Program-made: the position numbers and the translations under genes
NCBI GenBank assembly: GCA_002104905.1
Contig: MCFE01000445.1
Span: 1 to 64,000, forward strand
Direction: 5' to 3'
DNA length: 64,000 bases
From: Basidiobolus meristosporus CBS 931.73
Taxonomy: Eukaryota; Fungi; Basidiobolomycota
Shown here: positions 1 to 11,843 of the stretch, one piece after another
Position numbering within the stretch: position 1 is the stretch's first letter
Layout: each line of letters begins with the position of its first letter
Notes under the pieces: generated by a model
Database searches by the model: none
The model's input: only the letters and a program-made list of their open reading frames with translations
What the model was told of the DNA's origin: nothing

Positions 1-1837
1 GCCACTGCACCTATTTGCTTCATTAATGCTTTGGTACAAGCTGACAACATACTTGCTACTATGCATGGTGGTGATGTTATGACAGCCACTTGCAGGTCTT
101 CAACTGAGGGACTGCTTTACTACATTCCCATCTGCCTCAGCAATATGGTCAACTTGTGCCGCAGCAGAGATTTCCAGTTGCCTACTTGTCTGAGAGCCAC
201 AGGAGTCTGCATTATTCCCTTCAGTGAGCACACTGTCCGCAGTGGCTTTTTGGGTTGTAGCCCCACTTGTTGCACTGAATGTCAAAGTAAGTTGTTGTCC
301 AACCATTCTTCTGCTGCTGTCAGTGGTAAGGTTTGGTTGGGAACCAGACAACTTTGCTTTATTTTTTAGCAATGTAGTGGGGTCACAGTGACACTCACTG
401 GCCAATGTGCTCATTACCATAGTTCCTGCTTCCCTATTTTTCCACTACCCTTATTTTACTTTTATCTTGTTGGTCTATCTTGATCAGTACTATCCCATAA
501 GCTGGCTGACTATCACAACTGCTTACCTTATTGCATAAGATATCTCTCACTTTATATAAGATTACTTGATGTAAGTGCTTCTATATTAGGCAGGTACCTG
601 TGTCAGTACCCATGTCATATGACTAAACTGTTTCACCCTCCCTATTGTTTTCATACCATTAATGGTATCTCTATTTCACACAGGTTTCAGTAGACTGATT
701 CCTGATTGGTTGGGTGTGCTGTGCCTCTTAGAACCTTCTGGCACTTACTTTAATCATTCTTAGCTCATTTTGATGTCATTACAACTTCCATTTGACCTCT
801 GGAGCCTTCGGGAACAATATGATTAGTATTCACTTTGCCAGCACAACAAGTATATAAAGGCGGCAATCCTTCAACAATAAATCCTGATCCCTTTTATCAC
901 TATACCAACTTGTAGATTAGCAAGCTCTACCTGCTGCTCCCTGAGCTTTCAATCCCTGACCACAGAACACTCCTAGGAAACCATGCTGATAGCCAACTCA
1001 CCTTGGAGGCACTACTTTGTAAGGAATACTCAGAGTAGTAGCTTTTATTATATTTGATTCTTTCCCAAGTTTGTTCTTGTACAAGCAAAGATTCTCTTCT
1101 GTCTTTGTAACCATTGACCACAGCAGCATACTTATCAAGTCACTGCTGGTGGAGTTTACAGCTGTTTTGACTTTTGAAGCTTTAGTACATTGTCATCTCA
1201 AAGGATGCTTAATCCAGCACATACTTTTGTAAGGACACCAACTAAGTGGGGATTGGAGCTCAATAGTTTTCCCTTGACAAGCTTTTTACTTTATTCTCCA
1301 TCACATTAGATTAAAGACAGAACCCAGTTTTTCCTTGCAAGCTTTTGCCAGAGATTATTGCACCCAGTGAAAACCCCACACACAATATACTTTAGAAGTG
1401 TTTAATGTATCTCTCCCTTGGACCTATGCACCACCACAGCAGCATATAAATGGAAGTGAGTCAAATCAAAGGGGAAATGGGGCTACATATACATGTGTAT
1501 GTTGCACCACAACTTTATTCATAATTCTTGCTATGGTGGGTCAACATCAAGTCTTACATTCATGTGGGTGCAATGCCTCAAGTGCAAGGCCATCTTAAAG
1601 CCACATGAGTATTGACAAAAAAGTGTTATAATAGCACTACATTGTTAAGTGTTAAAATGTTTGCCCCATGGACAAGACTGCTTTGGCTCAATGCCATAAG
1701 AGAACAGAAAAAAGATCATGTGGCTATTGTAGCAAGCCTCTCAGCCATGAAGCATGCAGACAGCATAGGAAGTATTACAAAGATCATGGTCAGTGTTCTG
1801 CCACACAAATCATATATAGGGTAAAAGGTGCCTGATC

Positions 1838-2150
1838 CTAAATTTGGAGTAGATAGGGGAATACATTAGGTTTGTTGATTAGATGAAAATGGGGATAATA
1901 TAATAATAAAGGGTTAGTGTTCTGATGGAAAGAAAAAGGAATGATGGGGTATAAGAAAAAAGGAGTGTAATTTTTAAGTAGAGAGGCAAGGGGTAAAGTG
2001 TAATACAAAATGTGGTAAACAATAGGAAAAATGGGTTGATAAAAATATAGTAAAAAATGCATAATTGTAAGTTAAAGTAGATATGAAAAATGGCCAGGTA
2101 AAGTATGGAAGATGGGGGGTAGAAGCAATAGGTAAATTGACCATTCACCA
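1838..2150. repeat. Purine-rich, C-poor low-complexity tract with loosely recurring GGTAAA motifs
   Basis: The + strand is almost all A/G/T over about 310 bp. The overlapping minus-strand ORFs (1838-2062, 1879-2148) are F/Y/I/L-rich compositional artefacts. It lies upstream of the CACTA transposase fossil. Confidence 0.6.
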
Positions 2151-2399
2151 GTCACTACTGTACCAACAATATCTTGCTGGCCACTTGATACTACTATAAC
2201 AGCATCTAGCTGTACTTGTAACCTTGCGCAAACTTAGTCAGGAGAGTTTGTGATGCCTTTAGGCTCACCCCAGCCTTCTGAATATGGCATGCAGAGTGAT
2301 AGCTCTGAAGAAGCAGGCTCACTGTTGGATTGTAAGCTATCTTCCCAAACAACAGTACCCCCCATGAGCCTGACAAAATCCCATTATGCAATGAGACAA

Positions 2400-5147
2400 C
2401 ACCTGTGGGAAAAAATGCCAAGGATACTTTATGGAATCAGGTGAGCCCAGCAATCCATGTACTGGTGAGTGATGTGATGTTGTGGCTAGAGAAGTGGTGT
2501 GTTTCCACTAATATCAGTAATGGTGGCGTTGAGGATTTACTGCTACTTCTTGCCAAAATCATCCAAGGATGCAATTTACCTTGTACATGTTATAAATGGA
2601 AAACCATCATGTGGCTGGCAACATATGACCAATAGACCATCCTGATACCAGCATGTGTTTACAGTTGCATGGTGTTCACATCAGGAAATGCCCCTATTGC
2701 AAGGTGTCCAACTTGTCAGGAATCCACCATCATTGGGGGAGAGCATTGTCAAACTCTGGATATATTCTGGTTATACCTTGTATAAAGAAGCTCATGCAGT
2801 TCAACAAATATTGTGAAGCTATAAAGTTCTACACCTGGTATCAATCAAGCGCAAACATATCAGACAAATTCAATGGTAAACATCACAAACAGCCACAAAG
2901 CAAGGGATACTTTGAAGGTAAGTATTACCATGCCTTTGCCTTGGGACTAGATTAATTCTCAATAAATAAGTTCTCTACCAGCAGATCCCACCGGCCACTG
3001 ATTCTTATCAACCTGAATTTGCCACCTATCCTAGAGTATCAGAGCCAACATTGGATGGTAGTATCACTGCTATATGGGTCTAAATCACTGTCTAGCCTGG
3101 ATAGCTATCTGTATCCACTACTGGAAGAATTTTGGATGCTCTCCTGCAAGATAACAGCAAATGACCATCATTTAAAAGCGCATATAATTTGCTGCATTAA
3201 AGATACCCCAGCCATCAGCAAGATAACTGGCTTTTCTGGGCATAATGGACACTATTGCTGTCAAAAGGGTGAGATCCATGGGACTTACTCCATAACTCAC
3301 ACACATTATTACTACCCAAACACCAACACTAGGCACATCATCTTCCCACAGAGAGAATGCACAGAACTCAGCATGCAATTGCAGCAAAGTTGGTAAGCTA
3401 CAAGCTATTGGCCAGATTATGGAATTAATTGGAAACCGGATATACTTACGATAGAGGGTATCTGTTGGCACAAAAGCTTTCCACTGGGAGCAATGCATTT
3501 GCTTTTCAACAATATCCCTATACCAATGACCAAGTTGTACATGGGGCATTTCAAGCTAAATGAGCTCTTTGAGATACTGCAGAAATCTGAAAGAATTGGT
3601 AAGATATTGCAGTATATCTGCTACCTTAAGTGCTTCTCATAGGCTCCAGTCAGCATTCATATGCAAATACAACAATACAAGTGCAAGGACTGGATGAACT
3701 GGATATGGATCAGTTTAAGTGGCCTTCTAAAGCCACTTCTACCAAGTGTACATTGGAAGCATTTGGAGTCATATGTGAACATTGTAGGAACATTGATCCA
3801 GAGCCAATCACCAATGCCAACTTGATGCATCTACAGCTTTTGTGCACAGAGTTTGTGATTGGATTTGAGTGGATATACTACAAACATAAAGATGAATGTA
3901 GATCTCTGCTGCTACTGTATCCATTTGCCACTCCATCTTGCTTGATGTGTTGAGATTATTGGACCTTGCCCACCTTTTGGGAGTTTCCTATGGAGTGGAT
4001 GTGTGGGTAGATAGGAAGGCAAGTCAAGTTGCCAGTACCACCATACTGCAGTCTCATCAAGAATATTACCTTCAAGTCTGTCATGGATGTGATGAGGTGG
4101 TCCATGGAGAACAACCAGGAAGAGTTGGAAATTACTGACAATAGAAGTGCACATGGAGACACCTATGCCTATGGCATTGAGAAGCTAAGCAGCCCCAATG
4201 TATGGGTAATCAGTTAGGTAATGTAAAGTTGGGTTGGGTGCAACAAGCACTAACTTTTATTAGAAAACACTACCAAGGTATGCTGGATATCTCTTGGTCA
4301 CAAGCCAATTTCTACACCATTCAATACAGAACTCACACAAACCAGAGTCAGAGTATGTCTATAAGGGGGACTGGAATCCAGCAGGAAGAAGGAATATATG
4401 GGCTAAATACCAAAAAGCTCTTTGCAGATATTCAGGAGGTGTTCATGGCAGAAGTGGCAGCAACCAAGCATATGTTTGTAAGATGCATATGTCACCAGCA
4501 ATACAAGGCATATGACTACTTTGCCAGCATCACAGTAAAATCCGTAAAGTTGAGGTGATGGATGTATGTCAACTGTGGCAGGGGTGTGCATTTGTAGAGG
4601 TTAGCATGCAGGAGGCCATAGTATTATTTGATTCAAACTATATGTGGAAGATACAAGGTAGTAATGGGTAAACAAATAAAGAGGGGTGCTCCTACCATGG
4701 AATATATGAATTGTGTAAGGGGAGGTAGAAAAAGGAAATACCATTTAGTATATTGGTATAATAGCATTATACAGAGCTATCTATAGGCTGCCATACCACC
4801 ATGGTAATGCCATCAGAGGCTTGCAAAGAGGTTGTCAACACACGGTCAAGTTTTTGCCATATAAGGCAGTTGGATTTACTGGCTGGTTAGATCCACGCAG
4901 ATAGTGGTAGAGTGCACTAAAACTGCAACACCATCATTCCATCATTGGCAAAACACTGTACAACCACCATTATATTTTATCAACTTTATTTGGCTGAAAA
5001 ATTAGCAAGATGATAATGTGATCCCATCACAAGATTGTGTACATGGTCATTAATTCCAAGCTGCTGATATTATAGCAGTCTCCTGATGGGATTTTCATGG
5101 CTGATTTAGATTGGACTCACCTGTGGGACCAAACTTTTTTCATAGGG
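2400..5147 (+). mobile_element. Degenerate CACTA/EnSpm-like DNA transposon (Tnp2/Transposase_21-type transposase pseudogene) with its right terminus
   Basis: Frameshifted, stop-riddled fragments keep Tnp2-type motifs in order: ACVYSCMVF..RCPTC (~2650-2720), LNLPP..LDSYLYPLLEE..DTPAISKITGFSGHNGHYC (~3010-3270), FPLGAMHLLFNNI (~3480-3515), GFEWIYYK (~3860) and GPCPPFWEFPMEWMCG (~3960-4010). The element ends in TTTTTTCATAGGG (5135-5147), the same terminus as the MITE at 58641-58960. The left end was not found. Confidence 0.8.
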
Positions 5148-5211
5148 TAAGAAGGAAGAAAAATATGCTTGAATAAGTATTGATATTCAACCAAGGAGGT
5201 ACTCAAGTTTT

Positions 5212-6894
5212 TGCTTTGGCACAGTGGGTTTAGACACATCACTTTTGATATTTGCACAAAATGATCAAAGATCAGCTAATTTCTGGTGTAATAATTGATC
5301 CCCCAGCTAATTTGGAGTACTGTGAAGCCAGCATATATAGGAAACAAGTCAAAAAGCCATTCAAGAGCTCTGTGTTAATCAGAACTAACAAGAAGTTACA
5401 TCTAACTCACTCATATTGAGGTAGTCTTATTCAAAATTTATACCTTGATGGGATTGTGTATTTATTCACTTTTATTAATGATTTTACAAGATGCACATGG
5501 GTCTACTTCATGGAAAGAAAGGAAGAAGCTCTGTTGAGACTCAGGGAGTTTAAAACCATGGTGCAACAAGAAACAGTTAAAAATAGGAGTTGTAACAGAA
5601 TACTTTATAGTCATACTCCACTTCAGGTATGGTATAGATACAGACCAAGTGCAGAACTGTTGTAAAAATTTGTAATTCCACCTAAATATTCACCTAACTT
5701 AGTCACTTAGATCATTACCTTCAAATCCTAGAGAATACTGGCCAAATTCCTTGTTGGGATTTACTTAGAATATTTTCACCAAAATGCCAGGTACCCAGAA
5801 CATGAAAATTCTCAAAGTTGTCCAAACAGTCCCAAACCTTGCACACATGTTCTTAAGACCTTCCTTAACCTATTCTACATGTTTGTAATGCCAAGACCAG
5901 GTAAAAGTATAAATACTACTTTTAAATTCAATAAATCATTAAGTGAAAACCACATAATCTACTTGTCCTCCCAATCACTTCCAATATCTCCAAGACTCTT
6001 ACAACAAGAACATCTACAAGTATATGGGTGTACAGCATATGCTAAGAAACTGCCCAGTAACCAGCCATAATTAGAGCAAAAAAGTGTAAAACACATATTT
6101 TAGGGCTACTGCAATGAGAGTAGTGCATACCAACTCTACAATATCAAAGTCAAGAAGCTGATCAAGTCCTGGCATGAGCTTTTTGATGAAAGCTCAAAAA
6201 CCTTACACCTAGTGGCATCTGGTGATGACAAAAGTCTGCTCTCAAGTCCACTATTAGCTAAGATTGAATCACATCAAAGCAATGCAAAGCTTTTCACTCT
6301 ATAGGACTCTAAAACCATGTTTCAGCCTGAATCAGTGCCCAGGAATGACCCAGAAGTGCTCATTCATATATTACATGCCCAAAGATCAAACCAGACCAGT
6401 AATAGCCCAAATTACCATTTCAATGTGGGTACAAACTTAGCCTATACCTATTTAGTCCATAGTGATGGGCTGTAGACTGTAAAAGAGGCCCTAAATAGCC
6501 CTCAGACAAAATTTTGAAGACCAGCAATGACTGAGCAGCATCAGGCCCTGATGGAGAGCCAAACTTGGGACTTGTTCAACTTACTAATTAACAAAAATCA
6601 ATTAGATGCAGATGGGTATTCAAGTCAAGATACAAGGCTGATGGTGCAATTGAAAGATATAAAGCAATACTTGTGGTCAGAGGATATCCTAAACAAAAGG
6701 ACTTGACTATACCAAGACTTTTGCACTGGCAGCCAAGGTTAATTTAATCTGATTAATATTGGCTATTCCAGCCAAAATACAAGTTTTTTATATGTTAAAT
6801 GGATATTGAACTGCATTTTTGAATGAAGAACATGCTAAGATTGTGTACCTGAACCAGCCTGATAGGCAAGCACAAAAATCTCTATATGCTATTA
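5212..6894 (+). mobile_element. Old internal fragment of the copia family (integrase to start of RT), interrupted by a solo LTR
   Basis: Collinear by eye with about 54690-56295 of the full-length element, with internal deletions (about 235 bp in the integrase core, about 30 bp in RT) and many stops and frameshifts. Confidence 0.85.
5658..6006 (+). mobile_element. Solo LTR (349 bp) of the copia family with 5-bp TSD AGAAC
   Basis: TGTTGTAAAAATTTG...CTCTTACAACA, flanked by AGAAC at 5653-5657 and 6007-6011. The empty site GCAGAACATCT is seen intact at about 55370-55380. Confidence 0.95.
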
Positions 6895-7557
6895 TGTGGT
6901 AAAAGTTTGTAACTCCACCTAAATATTCATCTAACTTAATCTCTTAGATTATTACCTCCAAGTCCTAGAGAATACTGACCAAAATTCTTGTTGGGATATA
7001 CTTGGAGTAATTTCACCAAAATATCAGGTACCTGGAACATGAGAATTCTCAAAGTTGTTCAAACAACACCAAACTTTGCACACATGTTCTTGGGATCTTC
7101 CTAGCTATATTTTGAGTGCTTTCTATGCCAAGACCATGTAAAAGTATAAGAGCTACTTTTACATTCAATAAATCATTAAGTGAAAACCACATGATCTACT
7201 TGTCCTCCCAAATCACTTCCAATATCTCCAAGACTCTTACAATAGGTTATGAGCCCCAAGCTGTCACTCTCTGCAATGTCTACTACTGCTACTACTCTAA
7301 TATTTCCCTTGGCTGAAAAGTTGGATGAATACAACTACCAAGTGTGGATGGTGAAGACAAAGATGCTGCTACAAGAAAGAGGCCTTTGGGATATTTTCAT
7401 GTAGGAAGAATGCCCTCCTAAAAATGTGGGAGAGGAATCCTTAAAGTACCAGAAGTAAGAACCAAGTGCCTTTAACTGCATTTGCCTTAATGTTAAAGAC
7501 AAATTACTAAATCAATGCTCAAGAGCAAAAATGGCAAAGAATGCCTGGAAGGCACTA
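6895..7557 (+). mobile_element. Copia 5' LTR (6895-7244) + PBS (7245-7256) + truncated gag
   Basis: The LTR is homologous to 53097-53428 and is followed by GGTTATGAGCCC and a gag start matching 53434 onward (MSPKLSLSA..EKLD..YQVW..LLQERGLWDI), with stops. It is truncated at about 7557. Confidence 0.9.
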
Positions 7558-7577
7558 AAAAAACCAGCCAGCATATG

Positions 7578-7993
7578 AATAGGCATAGGCTAAGTTTGTA
7601 CCCTCATTGATATAGTAATTTGGGCTATTTCTTGTCCGATTTGATCTCCAGGCATTTGATACTGGAATGATCACTTCTGGGATATTCCTGGGCACTAATT
7701 CTGGCTGAACCACGGTTGTAGAGTCCTCTGGAGTGAAAAAATTTTCATTGTTGTGCTTGGATTCAATCCTGACAATTGGTAGACTTGATATCAAATTCTT
7801 GTCATTGTCTAATGTCATTTTTTGTGAAAATTTTGAATTTTCACCAAACAACACATCCCTGGATTTGATCAGCTTCTTTGCTTTAGTATTATAGAGTCTG
7901 TATGCCTTACTCTCATTGCAGTAGCCCAAAAATAAGCATTTTACACTTTTTGGCTCAAATTTTGACTGATTTCTGGCCAGTTTTTTGGCATAT
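7578..7993 (-). mobile_element. Inverted fragment of the copia integrase 3' region
   Basis: Reverse complement matches about 55400-55818. ORF 7555-7929 reads GYCNESKAYRLYNTKAKKLIKSRDV. Confidence 0.9.
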
Positions 7994-8308
7994 CACCTAA
8001 CTTAGTCACTTGGAGCATTACCTAAAAGTTTAGAGAATACTGACCAAAATCCTTGTTGGGATTTACTTAGAATATTTTCACCATAATATCAGATACCCAG
8101 AACATGAAAGTTCTCAAAGTTGTCCAAACAGTCCCAAGCCTTGTACACATGTTCTTGGGACCTTTCTAAACCTACTTCAGGTGCTCTGTAAGCCAATATC
8201 ATGTAAAAGTGTAAATACTACTTTTGCATTCAATGAATTATTAAGTGAAAACCACATAATCTACTTGTTATCCTAATCACTTCCAATATCTCCAAGACTC
8301 TTAAAACA
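7994..8308 (+). mobile_element. 5'-truncated LTR of the copia family
   Basis: CACCTAACTTAGTCACTT...CCAAGACTCTTAAAACA. It lacks about the first 30-35 bp of the LTR. Confidence 0.9.
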
Positions 8309-8400
8309 ATTTTGAGAGTTGCCAGTTTTGAGAAACTTGGAATTCAGCTCATATCATGATAGTATTCTGCTTACCTTTTCTTAATATTTTTTTGTAAGTT
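8309..8400 (-). mobile_element. Inverted remnant of the CACTA-MITE 5' end
   Basis: Reverse complement resembles 58641-58730 (AAGAAAA..AGCTGAATTCCAAG.TTCTCAAAA.TG.CAACTCTCAA). Confidence 0.6.
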
Positions 8401-8865
8401 AAGAAAAGAACTACTTGGCACACTGATAATTATCAGCTACCAAGGGCTATAAGTACTAGCTAAATGGATGGGATCCAGGAACACTATGGGACACATGTAA
8501 TCAGAATTTGATGGTGTAACAAAGAATTCATATATTCATGGAGCATTACAGACACCATCTGGTTGTCTACCTCACTTAGGAACTGTTAATATTACTAGAA
8601 GAAAAATAATCTCACTTGGGTCTCCCAACTGCACCTGCGTAGTGCAGTGATCACAGTCCATATTCACAGCCAGACTAGTACTGAGAGGCCACCAAAAAAA
8701 TGACCGCCAACGTCCTAGCCATGTTCCATGATGGAATCAAACCCATGCCAGGATTTCCATCCACTTTTTTTTACCCATCATGGCCGATTTCGTGGCGCAT
8801 ATACCAGTGTAGGATCGCCCCTTCAGGACAACGTCTGTTTAGAAGATAGTCTGGTACCGCTCGTG

Positions 8866-9842
8866 ATGAAAAAGCAATTCGATACTCAAGATAGCTGGTA
8901 TGACGATGCCCATGAATATTGGAATGTGAGTCCTGCTGTGCACCTGTATATTCGTCGACGAAGTGGTTAACAACCTTTGGTGTCCCAAGAATGTTACTCC
9001 AACGGTGAATGGGATGTTAGGTGGTTATGAATCTATCTCGAAGATCGACGTTCAGGGCTCTCAAAGGTTTATCGAAGAGTTGGTCAATGGAAGGAAAGGA
9101 GCAAAAGGGAACGTGCTTTCCGCGCCGTACATTGAAAAAGAAAGAGCGTGTGGTACGACAAGACATACTGTAAATTGTTGCCTTGTAGCAACAAGAAGTC
9201 GCTAAACATTAAATGTAGATTGCGGAGCAGGCATCGGTCGAGTGACGAAACATTTCCTGTTAAACAACTTCAAAACGGTTGATCTAGTCGAGCAAACCGC
9301 GAAATTCCTTGAGCAGGCCCAAGAGGAGTATCTCCTCAATGAGAAGGAAGCAGGCAGGATCGGGGAATTCATCTGCCAAGGGCTTCAGGATTTCACCCCC
9401 GAGGAAGAATCGTATGATTTGATCTGGTCCCAATGGGTTCTTGGTCATTTGACGGATGGTAAGTCAGTCAAGTAACTTTCGGTAGATACAGACGTTCACA
9501 AGAAGCCTTTTGCAGACGACTTGGTGGCGTTTTTCGAACGTTGCAAACGAGGCTTGAAGCCAAGAGGTCTGATCGGAGTCAAAGAGAACATCGCCGTGTC
9601 TGGATATATCGTTGACGAAGAAGATAGTAGCGTTACTAGGTCGGAGGATATCTTGAAAGGCATCTTCAAAAAAGCCGGCCTTCGGATTATCAAGGAACAA
9701 ACTCAGATGGGCTTTCCCTCTGGCCTTTTCACCGTCAAAATGTAAGCAGCATACACACTACTAATCATATGCAATACAAACCCTGACACGCTCTTGGATG
9801 TTATCTAGGTTTGCTTTGGTCCCAGAATCATCCGAAGAATGA
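8866..9842 (+). CDS. NTM1: Alpha-N-terminal protein methyltransferase 1 (Ntm1/Tae1), 5 exons
   Basis: Spliced product: WYDDAHEYWN|NVTPTVNGMLGGY..DCGAGIGRVTK..DLVEQ..YDLIWSQWVLGHLTD|DDLVAFF..VKEN..DSSVTRS..M|FALVPESSEE*. All introns are GT-AG. The start is uncertain because an in-frame upstream ATG lies at 8728. Confidence 0.93.
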
Positions 9843-10409
9843 TGGCTTGCAAGGCATACTCAGTATTGTCAATAACTTGCTCCATCATCTGATCCAGTAT
9901 GGCTGCTACGGCTCCACATCAATCTACACAATAGACCTAGAGCTTGATAGCTAACGTTAAACATGAGCTACATAAAGGCCCCATTCCCCAATGATATTCA
10001 GTGGTTTTGTTGAACTCTCGCTGGCGCTGATAGCGAGTCTCTTGGGAGAAAAGCGACGCGTCAGTGTAGGGATTGTTGCTCATGAAGTCGGATAATAGCC
10101 GCAATAGCTGCTGGTTGAAATATGCTATTGTTGAATGTGCAATCGGCATCATGACTGCATATTGCCTATTAAGCATGTAATGTTCATGATCAGCTTACGA
10201 TCTGGTCAATGTAAATCCAACCTGTCCAGCTAATTCAAATGACTATTCCAACCTCTACAGTACCGATCGAATATATTATATGTCCCTCCTTCCCCATTGA
10301 TGCAGCCTAGAATGACTCAAATTGCTATTTCGTGACGTAAATTTGATTGAGCATTGATACTTAAATGACAGTTTACCCTCAAAAAATGGCTTATCTCTGA
10401 TAGTGCATT

Positions 10410-11673
10410 ATGGCGTTGAAGGTAAGTAAAGGGCTGTGTGCATAGCATGATACCGACTAACCCCGTTTGAAGCACCTAACACAGAAAGTTGCCCAAGAGC
10501 TCGATAAAGAATTGATGACTGCTACCCAAGGAGGGTTTTCTGTCGATCAACTAATGGAGCTAGGTGAATCTCTTCTCTTTTCTTTTTTCTCCACTCAACC
10601 CACTAAAAATCCAGTGTAAACATACTGTACTCTACGACAGCTGGCTTGAGTGTGGCACAAGCGATTACCAAAGTCTACCAAAATTCAACTCACCCGCGCC
10701 TGTTGATCTGTTGCGGGCCCGGAAATAACGGAGGGGATGGTGTGTGGTTGTTTCCCATTTATGTGGAGGCTTTCATAGAAGCAGCACACTAACTGTTGAG
10801 GGCTACCAGGTCTCGTTGCAGCTCGTCATTTGACTCACTTTGGCTATAATCCTGCAATATATTGTCCAAAGCCAAGCAAGAAGGACCTGTTCAATGTATG
10901 TAAGCAAGACGCTCTAATTGGAATCATATGTAACTCTTTCGTTTCTGTAGAACCTGATTACCCAATGCAAAAACCTCAACATCCCATTCATTGAAGATTT
11001 GGAGGCCCAAGTGCAAAACTCGGATCTCATCGTCGACGCGATTTTTGGTAAAACTCGATACTTAGTTCACCCAGAATCGGCTCGAATTAACTTTCATATG
11101 TAGGCTTCAGCTTTGCTGGAGAAGTTCGTGATCCATTTAAGCAAGTGATCCAGGTATCTAATTTCTGAAAGATAGCTCGAAGTGACTATAACAAATATAC
11201 TCACGGGGCTAAATTAGATTTTCTCAAGCACCAAGCTTCCAGTTGTTGCAGGTAGCCATCATCTTTAAGCATTCAATATTTAACGCAACATAGATGATTA
11301 ATATCTTACCTTTCAAACAGTTGACATTCCATCAGGGTGGCAAGTTGATGAAGGCAACTTTATTATCTAACCCTTTCCCATTAGCCATTCCACCAACAAA
11401 CATAACCATATAGAAGCAACCGTGGAGTCTGAGTACCAACCGGAAATGCTGGTTTCTCTCACCGCACCCAAGCTGGCAGCAAAACGCTTCCGTGGGAAAT
11501 ACCACTACTTGGGCGGGCGCTTTATTCCCAAGTAATTAACTCCTCACATCAATTCGGATTAGGGCACTTACTGAATGTTAAATAGGGATTTTGCGGAGAA
11601 GTACGGACTCAAACTCCCACAGTACCCAGGAACTGACCAGTGTGTGGATATAACCAATCTCTCAAATCTTTAG
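10410..11673 (+). CDS. NNR1: NAD(P)HX epimerase (YjeF_N; Nnr1/NAXE), multi-exon
   Basis: MALK|[25 protein letters not shown]|[15 protein letters not shown]|[16 protein letters not shown]|[36 protein letters not shown], stop TAG at 11671-11673. One intron (11354-11413) appears to be GC-AG. Confidence 0.93.
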
Positions 11674-11843
11674 CTCTTTGCCAAAATGAAAAGCCCCGAG
11701 ACACTACGCTCTCAATGCTATTAAAGTTTATTTGTACTTATATCTATTGGTATCCATTTCAAAATGTATATACGTGAGTAGTTGGTTTTATGGTAGGAAG
11801 GTCAGATGATGAAGTCAAGATATAAGCAAGCGCGTAAGTTGGA

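Noticed and set aside
31-1824. ORFs 31-369, 100-420, 927-1121, 1398-1598 and 1612-1824 as genes
   Set aside because: They lie in CpG-depleted repeat DNA with no recognisable motifs or splice structure. They are probably further pieces of the CACTA element, but that could not be shown.
5879-6070. Short MFVMPR.. ORFs (also 7116-7316 and 57636-57830) as independent genes
   Set aside because: They are LTR sequence reading into whatever flanks each copy.
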